From: Oscillospiraceae bacterium
GTDB taxonomy: Bacteria > Bacillota > Clostridia > Oscillospirales > Ruminococcaceae
Assembly (NCBI GenBank): GCA_017532085.1
Contig: JAFXJT010000010.1
Location: 7,057 to 71,056 of the forward strand
DNA: 64,000 bases
Reading direction: 5' to 3'
The notes below the pieces were generated by a model that saw only the letters and a program-made list of their open reading frames with translations, did not search any database and was not told the origin of the DNA. Shown here piece after piece: positions 18,825 to 25,651 of this stretch; the first letter of the stretch is position 1, and each line of letters begins with the position of its first letter. A program made the translations under genes and the position numbers.

Positions 18825-19771
18825 ACGCTATTTTGCAGCTCGATGTGATACAGACCTATGAAGTGATCGAAGTACAGTGTCTGCGCTTTACCCTCACACG
18901 GGATCACTATCTCCCCTATGCAGAGCTGAAGGCGGAATTCATCAGCGAGGCCTTCGGTCATGGTTTTCCCCGTCATGCAAAGTTCTATCTCGACGATATG
19001 CTGCTCTTTGAGGGTCTGGCGGATCATGTGAAGATCGTCAAGAAGAATGGCCGAAAGCTTGTTGCCATCTCAGCCAAAAGCTATTCCGCCGCTTTGCTGG
19101 ATAATCAGCCCACACCCGGTATTTATCCCAATGCAACGCTTTCTTCGCTGATGTCTCTATATCATCTCCCGTATATCACCTATCAGCAGAATGTGAATCA
19201 AAGCAATTACGTCTATGTGAAGGATAATACCTCCATGTGGGAAATGCTCATTCACTATACCTATAAGCTCAACGGCGGCTTCCCCTATATTGAAGGGAAC
19301 AATCATGTCAGGGTCACACGGCACAGTCAGCCCAGACTGTTTGAAATTCAGCCGGAAGAGATCATCAGCTGCGGCACACAGCATGATAACTCCCGTGTGA
19401 TCAGCCGTATCGAAATGGCAGATGCTGCAGGCAATTACGGTACCTTTTCCATGAACAATCCCTATGCAGAGGAACGCAATATCGTGCGTATCAAGCAGAT
19501 TGCACTGGATAAGCAGTATCTTTCCCATCCCGAATATGCGCTGACGCATCGCATCTATCGCAGTATGCAGAAGATTCGCACAACCTATGCAGAGTATCTC
19601 GGCTATAAGGGAGAGGATTTGCAGGATCATGTCTGTTTTATCGGATTCTCCACCGGTTATGCCGATCGCATCGAAATCCACGGAGAGCAAGGTCGGCTGT
19701 CTACAAAGGTGTATCATTATCATGATCCGTTCTGCAATTGCATTACTACACCGCCGGACAGCGATCGCTGA
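18821..19771 (+). CDS. hypothetical phage-like protein (weak resemblance to XkdQ / gpD-type tail hub)
   Basis: 316 aa. TTG start 18821 has SD GGAAAGGAAGGG 7 nt upstream and overlaps the previous stop. The pattern F.EG.ADHVKIVKKNGRKLVAISAKSYSAALLDN...NATLSSLM recalls hub/late-control-D-type proteins, but this is not verified. Confidence 0.5.
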   Translation: MNAILQLDVIQTYEVIEVQCLRFTLTRDHYLPYAELKAEFISEAFGHGFPRHAKFYLDDMLLFEGLADHVKIVKKNGRKLVAISAKSYSAALLDNQPTPGIYPNATLSSLMSLYHLPYITYQQNVNQSNYVYVKDNTSMWEMLIHYTYKLNGGFPYIEGNNHVRVTRHSQPRLFEIQPEEIISCGTQHDNSRVISRIEMADAAGNYGTFSMNNPYAEERNIVRIKQIALDKQYLSHPEYALTHRIYRSMQKIRTTYAEYLGYKGEDLQDHVCFIGFSTGYADRIEIHGEQGRLSTKVYHYHDPFCNCITTPPDSDR

Positions 19772-19825
19772 TCGCTTTGGAATTTGAGATTCTTCATAGG
19801 AATTCATCAAAATCCTTGACAAGAC

Positions 19826-19868
19826 GGCTGCAATATGGTAAAATATATCCATATTGCAGCCGTTTTTT
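19826..19868 (+). terminator. strong intrinsic terminator closing the phage-like head cluster
   Basis: A perfect 13-bp stem GGCTGCAATATGG / CCATATTGCAGCC with a 10-nt loop, followed by GTTTTTT. A TTGACA-17-TAAAAT promoter for the next gene overlaps it. Confidence 0.85.
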
Positions 19869-19918
19869 GGTCTGTGATAGATCAGATTGTACACAATTTG
19901 TTGAGGAGGAGTTTTATC

Positions 19919-20629
19919 ATGAATGCAATGAAAAAGTATGTTGCCGAGATTTTCGGCACCGCCGCACTGGTCATCTTGGGCTGCGGCACCGCTATGTTGG
20001 TAGGCTGTGATGCTGCCAGTGGCTGCGGCTATCTGCTGACCGCTCTTGCCTTTGGTCTGACCATCGTAGGTATGGCCTATTGCGTAGGCAATATCTCCGG
20101 CTGTCACATCAATCCTGCGGTTTCGCTGGGTGTGCTGATCAACGGCGGCATGTCTGTCAAGGATTTCTTCGGCTATGTGATTTCCCAATGCATCGGTGCT
20201 CTGGCAGGCAGCGGCATATTGGCTGCGATCTTCGAGCTGGGCGATAAAAAGGATATGACCGGCGGCTTCGGCTCCAATGGTCTTGGCGGTGTAGGCGGCA
20301 GTGCCGTGGCCGGTCTTCTGGTGGAGATCGTTCTGACCTTCTTCTTTGTACTTACCATTCTCGGTGTGACCTCCAAGAAAGCAAATCACGGCTCCTTCGG
20401 CGGCGTGGTAATCGGCTTTACTCTGGTGCTTGTTCATATTCTGGGCATTGGTCTTACCGGCACCTCTGTGAATCCTGCCCGCAGCTTTGGCCCTGCATTG
20501 GTCGCTGCCATCAACGGCAACACAGCTCCCATGGGTGATCTGTGGGTCTTCCTGGTAGGACCGCTGGTTGGTGCTGCTCTGGCTGCTGTGCTGCATCGCT
20601 GGTTCGAAAGCGCAAAGAACGCAAAATAA
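19919..20629 (+). CDS. MIP-family aquaporin / glycerol-facilitator channel
   Basis: Two NPA boxes are present: SGCHINPAVSLG and GTSVNPARSFGPA. SD GAGGAGGA precedes ATG 19919. Confidence 0.9.
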   Translation: MNAMKKYVAEIFGTAALVILGCGTAMLVGCDAASGCGYLLTALAFGLTIVGMAYCVGNISGCHINPAVSLGVLINGGMSVKDFFGYVISQCIGALAGSGILAAIFELGDKKDMTGGFGSNGLGGVGGSAVAGLLVEIVLTFFFVLTILGVTSKKANHGSFGGVVIGFTLVLVHILGIGLTGTSVNPARSFGPALVAAINGNTAPMGDLWVFLVGPLVGAALAAVLHRWFESAKNAK

Positions 20630-20651
20630 GACATCTATTCCCGTATACAGA

Positions 20652-20690
20652 ATTCTTGGCATATGGTATTCCCTATGCCAAGAATTTTTC
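20652..20690 (+). terminator. intrinsic terminator
   Basis: ATTCTTGGCATA / TATGCCAAGAAT forms a 12-bp stem and is followed by TTTTT. Confidence 0.75.
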
Positions 20691-20731
20691 TTTCAAGAAC
20701 ATCCGATTGAATCTGAAGGAGGATCTGCAGC

Positions 20732-21862
20732 ATGATGAAAAAACTGGGCTTTGGTATGATGCGTCTGCCGCTGCTGGATGGAAACGATCCCACATCCTTT
20801 GATGAAGCACAAGTCTTTGAAATGGTGGATCGCTTTTTGCAGGAAGGCTTTGTCTATTTCGATACCGCCTATATGTATCACAATCACAGCAGCGAGGCAA
20901 TGGTGCGCCGTGCATTGGTAGAGCGCCATCCACGCAATACCTTCCTGCTTGCCACAAAGCTTCCCACCATGTATCTGAAAGAAGTCGCAGATATGGAGCG
21001 CATCTTCAAGGAGCAACTGCAAAAATGCGGTGTATCCTATTTCGATTACTATTTGCTGCATTGTCTGAATACCGAAAACTATGCCACCGCACAGCGTCTG
21101 GATGCCTTCGGCTTTGTGGCGGAGAAAAAAGCTGCCGGTCTTGTACGGAAAATCGGCTTTTCCTATCACGATGATGCCGCACTGCTAGACCGCATTCTGA
21201 CGGAGCATCCCGAAATGGAATTCGTACAGCTCCAGATCAATTATCTGGATTGGGACAGCGAAAGCGTACAATCCCGCAAATGCTATGAGGTCGCACGGCG
21301 TCATGGCAAGGAGATTCTGGTGATGGAGCCGGTCAAGGGAGGATCTCTTGCTGCGGTGCCGCCGGCTGCGGAGCTGCTGTTCCATCGGCATTCCCCCGAG
21401 CGTTCCGCTGCTTCCTGGGCAATCCGCTTTGCTGCCTCGCTGGAGGGTGTCTCTATGGTGCTCAGCGGCATGAGCAATCTGTCTCAGCTGGAAGATAATC
21501 TTTCGTATATGAGCGAATTTTCGCCCCTTTCTCCGCAGGAAACCCAAACCGTATTCCGTGTGCGGGATATCATCAACAGCCGAATCGCCATTGCCTGCAC
21601 CGATTGCCGCTATTGTGTAGAGGGATGTCCTCAGAATATTCCGATTCCCGATTATTTCCATCTCTATAATCTGTGTCAGCAGGAAACCGAAGACAGCAAG
21701 ACGGCACACACCACGGATTATGATCGTTTGACTTCTCAATATGGCAAAGCCTCTGATTGCATCGGCTGCGGTCAGTGCACAAAGCAATGCCCGCAGCATC
21801 TGGAGATCCCTGCACTGCTGGCAGATGTGGCGAAGCATTTCGAATCAGGAACATCATCATGA
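20732..21862 (+). CDS. aldo/keto reductase with C-terminal 4Fe-4S ferredoxin-type domain
   Basis: MMKKLGFGMMRLP...FDTAYMYHN...LATKL is an AKR N-terminus. Two CxxCxxCxxxCP clusters follow: CTDCRYCVEGCP and CIGCGQCTKQCP. Confidence 0.85.
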   Translation: MMKKLGFGMMRLPLLDGNDPTSFDEAQVFEMVDRFLQEGFVYFDTAYMYHNHSSEAMVRRALVERHPRNTFLLATKLPTMYLKEVADMERIFKEQLQKCGVSYFDYYLLHCLNTENYATAQRLDAFGFVAEKKAAGLVRKIGFSYHDDAALLDRILTEHPEMEFVQLQINYLDWDSESVQSRKCYEVARRHGKEILVMEPVKGGSLAAVPPAAELLFHRHSPERSAASWAIRFAASLEGVSMVLSGMSNLSQLEDNLSYMSEFSPLSPQETQTVFRVRDIINSRIAIACTDCRYCVEGCPQNIPIPDYFHLYNLCQQETEDSKTAHTTDYDRLTSQYGKASDCIGCGQCTKQCPQHLEIPALLADVAKHFESGTSS

Positions 21863-22329
21863 CCATCATCCGTGCCACACAAGCCCATTTAGAGGGCATC
21901 AATCGTCTGCTGTATCAAGTGGCAGACGTACATCATCAAGGCAGACCCGATCTGTTTCGAGCCAATGCGAAAAAGTATTGCGATGCAGAAATCTGCCGCA
22001 TCCTTGCTGATCCGGACACGCCGGTATTTGCTGCTGTGGATGCACAAAATACAGTGATGGGCTATGCTTTCTGCATTCTGCAAGAGGAAAAAGATCATCC
22101 GCTGCTGATGGACTGCAAAACGCTCTATCTTGATGATCTTTGTGTGGAAGAATCTCTGCGAGGCCGGCATATCGGCAAAGCCTTGCTGGAGCATGTCCGC
22201 AGCTATGCCAAAGAAATCGGGTGCTACCATCTGACGCTCAACGTCTGGAACTGCAATCCTGCCGCCATGCGGTTTTATGAAGCCAATGGATTCAAACCCT
22301 TGAAAGTCGGTATGGAAGCAATGCTGTAA
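21859..22329 (+). CDS. GNAT family N-acetyltransferase
   Basis: LCVEESLRGRHIGKALLEHV...NPAAMRFYEANGF is the acetyl-CoA binding motif. The start overlaps the upstream stop as ATGA. Confidence 0.8.
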   Translation: MTIIRATQAHLEGINRLLYQVADVHHQGRPDLFRANAKKYCDAEICRILADPDTPVFAAVDAQNTVMGYAFCILQEEKDHPLLMDCKTLYLDDLCVEESLRGRHIGKALLEHVRSYAKEIGCYHLTLNVWNCNPAAMRFYEANGFKPLKVGMEAML

Positions 22330-22371
22330 CGAATCGCAAAATGGCATAACACGACCCCTCAAAACAACAAA

Positions 22372-22410
22372 CAGACCTGAGAAGTGAATCTGCTTCTCAG
22401 GTCTGTTTTA
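22372..22410. terminator. bidirectional intrinsic terminator
   Basis: CAGACCTGAGAAG / CTTCTCAGGTCTG forms a 13-bp stem. An A-rich tract lies on the left and TTTTATT on the right. Confidence 0.8.
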
Positions 22411-22415
22411 TTGGT

Positions 22416-22604
22416 TTATTGAGGTTTCTTTGGCTGGAAAAACTCCAGCTTGCCGCATTCGGGACAACGATATGTCAGAATCTGCAATCCCTGCTTCATG
22501 ATGCGCTTGGCTTCCCGAACCATCAGATTCTGCGAAAACCGTTCCAGCAGATCAATCTGCTCCATACATTGTCCGCAGCGCAGACAGATCAACGGCTGCT
22601 CCAT
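22416..22604 (-). CDS. small zinc-ribbon protein, translationally coupled to gltX
   Basis: 62 aa with CLRCGQC...CPECG (two CxxC pairs). The ATG overlaps the gltX stop by 1 nt, and a terminator follows directly. Confidence 0.55.
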   Translation of the reverse strand: MEQPLICLRCGQCMEQIDLLERFSQNLMVREAKRIMKQGLQILTYRCPECGKLEFFQPKKPQ

Positions 22605-24259
22605 CAGACATCTCCCGATTCCTCAGCATATTCCGCAATGCGGCGACGAGTTTCCTCCTCGCCCAGAACATGACTGATCTCCCAAAGATCAGGAGAATTC
22701 TGTCTGCCGGTCATTGCAACACGGATGAGATTGCTGACATCCACAATGCTGCCCGGATAGTCTTCCGGATTCTTCTTATATTTCTTCACCTGCACCGCAT
22801 ATCCCATGGCATCGGTGATTTCCTTCACCTTGTTGAACCACTGGACAGCATCATCCGCAAAATCCAGCGTTTCCAGATAGCGGCTTAAAATTTCACGCTT
22901 ATGCGCAGGAGAAATGTTTTCGGGACAAGCATCCTCACGGACAAAGCGTTCTCTGTCGAAGAACGAAAGGAAGGCATATGCCTGCCGCCAGCTTCCGAAA
23001 TCCTTACGAGGCTTTTCGCCGCCTCTGCCGATGCGCAATGCAGCAAGATAGAACTCCCGCTGCTGTTCCATGCGCGCGGCTTCTTCTGCCGCAGCATATT
23101 CTCTGACCCATGCAAGCAGCTGCTCATATACAAACTCTGCACTCTGTAAGGAGAGATATTCCTTTGCAATATGATCCAGCTTTGCCAGATCAAACAATGC
23201 GCCGGAGCTGCTCATTTTTTCTAACGAGAACGTAAATTCTCTGGAATTTGCCTGAGGATTTGCCAATCTCCATTCTTCGAAATTGCTGTTGAGCACTGTC
23301 AGCAAATATTGCTGCACTGCCTCAGGCGGATAGCCCTCTGCACGATAATAGGACAATGCAAGCTCCGGATCCTTCCGCTTGGAAAGCTTTCTCTTGGATT
23401 CGCCATCCATTTTCATCAGCGTTGCGGTATGACAATACAGCGGACGCTCCCATCCAAGCGTATCAAACAATTGGACATGAATCGGTAAAGTAGCAAGCCA
23501 GCTTTCATCACGCAGCACATGTGTTGTGCGCATAAAATGATCATCACAGACATGCGCAAAATGATAGGTGGGAATGCCATCGGATTTCAGCAAAACAAAA
23601 TCCGTATAGTTTTCCTGCACCCGCAGCTCACCGCGAATCCCATCCTGCACAGGAATCATGTGTTCCGGATCGCCGGATGAAGCAAACCGCAATACCCAAG
23701 GCTCGCCTGCCTCGATGCGTTTTGCAATCTCCTCATAGGAAAGCGTCCGGCAATTGGTCCATTTACCGTAATAGCCGATGTTGGCTTTTTCTTCCATCTG
23801 AGCATCCCGCATAGCCGTCAAGGTCTCCTCGGTACAAAAGCATGGATATGCCAGACCCCGCAGTACAAGGGATTTTGCAACGGTCTGATACAGCTCCTTG
23901 CGCTGCCGCTGACGATAGGGACCATAAGCACCATGCTCGCCTTCCACCGTTGCACCCTCATCGAATTGGATGCCGTAATAGTGCATGGAATCCATCAGCG
24001 CTTCCACAGCGCCTTCTACCTCTCGTTTCTGATCCGTATCCTCAATGCGCAGGAAAAATACGCCCTTTGTCTGCCGAGCCAGACGCTCGCCAATGGCGTT
24101 ATACAAATTGCCCAGATGCACAAACCCCGTCGGACTGGGAGCAATACGTGTTACCACCGCACCCTCGGGCAGTGCACGAGGCGGATATTGTGCCTCGTAA
24201 TCAGCAATGGTTTTGGTAATATGAGGGAACAAAAGTGCCGCTAAAGCCTGATGATCCAT
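22604..24259 (-). CDS. gltX: glutamate--tRNA ligase (long clostridial form)
   Basis: The HIGH region reads PSPTGFVHLGN and the KMSKS-like motif reads KLSKRK. SD GAAAGGAG is upstream. Confidence 0.92.
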   Translation of the reverse strand: MDHQALAALLFPHITKTIADYEAQYPPRALPEGAVVTRIAPSPTGFVHLGNLYNAIGERLARQTKGVFFLRIEDTDQKREVEGAVEALMDSMHYYGIQFDEGATVEGEHGAYGPYRQRQRKELYQTVAKSLVLRGLAYPCFCTEETLTAMRDAQMEEKANIGYYGKWTNCRTLSYEEIAKRIEAGEPWVLRFASSGDPEHMIPVQDGIRGELRVQENYTDFVLLKSDGIPTYHFAHVCDDHFMRTTHVLRDESWLATLPIHVQLFDTLGWERPLYCHTATLMKMDGESKRKLSKRKDPELALSYYRAEGYPPEAVQQYLLTVLNSNFEEWRLANPQANSREFTFSLEKMSSSGALFDLAKLDHIAKEYLSLQSAEFVYEQLLAWVREYAAAEEAARMEQQREFYLAALRIGRGGEKPRKDFGSWRQAYAFLSFFDRERFVREDACPENISPAHKREILSRYLETLDFADDAVQWFNKVKEITDAMGYAVQVKKYKKNPEDYPGSIVDVSNLIRVAMTGRQNSPDLWEISHVLGEEETRRRIAEYAEESGDV

Positions 24260-24326
24260 AGACGGAATACTCCTTTCAACTTCAAAACAATGATCTCTTA
24301 TAGAGTATCACAAATCCGTCATTTTG

Positions 24327-25541
24327 TCAATCGGCAATCTCATCCGCACCCCAGAGCATGCCAACTCCTGCATACAGCAGAATGCCCTGTTCCATTGCCG
24401 ATTCATCAAACCGAACCTTGGGATGATGCAAGGGATATCCAAAGCCTGAACGGGAATCCCCTGCGGCAAGGCCGATGATCATGGACGGCAGTACATGGCT
24501 CAATTCCGCAAAATCCTCAGAGGCAGCTTCAGCGGATGGATGCGCCTGCGGCTCCATAATCTGCTCTTGGGGCAGCAGAGAACAGACAATCTCACCGATC
24601 TGCCTATGCAGCACCGCATCATTTTGCAGCGTCTTGCAATCCGCAAAAACAGAAACCTCTGCTTTTACCCGATGCGCACTGGCTGTGGATACGATAATCT
24701 CCTGCAAGCGCTCCTGCATCTGTGCCAGAACGGCATCATCAAAGGCACGCATGGTCCCTTCCATGGTAACGGTATCGGCTATGACATTGGCAGCAGTGCC
24801 GCCTTCTACCTTGCCGATGGTCAATACAGCACAGATTCCGGGTGCAAGCTCCCGTGCAGAGATCGCCTGCAATCCGGTCAGACAATGGGCTGCTGCTGTG
24901 ACAGGATCTATCCCTCGATGGGGTGCAGCGCCATGGCATCCCTTTCCTTGCAGATGAATGCGGAAAAACGCAGCCGCCGGTGCACTGACTCCCACAGGAG
25001 GCAGACAGGCAGTGCCGGACGCAATGGGCATCCCTGCCAGCACATGAAGCATCAGTGCCGCCTGCGGCTTAGGATGCGAAAGCACACCATCCGAAAGCAT
25101 ATCCTTTGCACCCTGCAGCAGCTCCTCGGCGGGCTGAAACATCAGCTTGACGAAACCGCTGAGTTCCTGCTCTCGTTCCTTGAGGAGCTTTGCAGCGCCC
25201 AACAACATAGCGGTATGCATATCATGTCCGCAGGCATGCATATTGCCGTTTTGTGCGCAATAGGACACACCGCTTTCTTCCGTAATGGGCAGCGCATCCA
25301 TATCCGCACGCAGAAGCAGACCCTTTTCTGCCTGCGGATCGCCTGCCACTGCCACAATCCCACAAGTTCCACAGGATATCGGTGCATATCCCATTTCTGT
25401 CAGCCGTTTTCGAACATAAGCTGCAGTATCCTGCAGATCAAATCCGATTTCTGCCATTGCATGCAGTGTCCGATAATCCGAAACTGCCTGCGGCAAGGCG
25501 GCAGCCGCTGCCTGCTGCAGGATTCTGATTGCGTTGTTCAT
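24327..25541 (-). CDS. M20D-family amidohydrolase (N-acyl-amino-acid amidohydrolase/peptidase)
   Basis: MHACGHDMHTAMLLGAAKLL, FQPAEE and CHGAAPHRGIDP are present. SD GGAGGAA is upstream. Confidence 0.85.
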   Translation of the reverse strand: MNNAIRILQQAAAAALPQAVSDYRTLHAMAEIGFDLQDTAAYVRKRLTEMGYAPISCGTCGIVAVAGDPQAEKGLLLRADMDALPITEESGVSYCAQNGNMHACGHDMHTAMLLGAAKLLKEREQELSGFVKLMFQPAEELLQGAKDMLSDGVLSHPKPQAALMLHVLAGMPIASGTACLPPVGVSAPAAAFFRIHLQGKGCHGAAPHRGIDPVTAAAHCLTGLQAISARELAPGICAVLTIGKVEGGTAANVIADTVTMEGTMRAFDDAVLAQMQERLQEIIVSTASAHRVKAEVSVFADCKTLQNDAVLHRQIGEIVCSLLPQEQIMEPQAHPSAEAASEDFAELSHVLPSMIIGLAAGDSRSGFGYPLHHPKVRFDESAMEQGILLYAGVGMLWGADEIAD

Positions 25542-25651
25542 CTGATTTCCTCCAAAATAAGCAATAAAAACGATCCCGTATGGGAATCGGCAGACCGTCG
25601 GTCATATCGTTCCCCATACAGGATCGTTCATTCTTATGTGATTTCGGATTC

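Noticed and set aside
12266-19918. An integrated complete prophage with att sites.
   Set aside because: No integrase or recombinase is present, no flanking direct repeat of 12 nt or more was found by eye, and no lysogeny, replication or tail modules are present. I therefore do not call a mobile_element feature.
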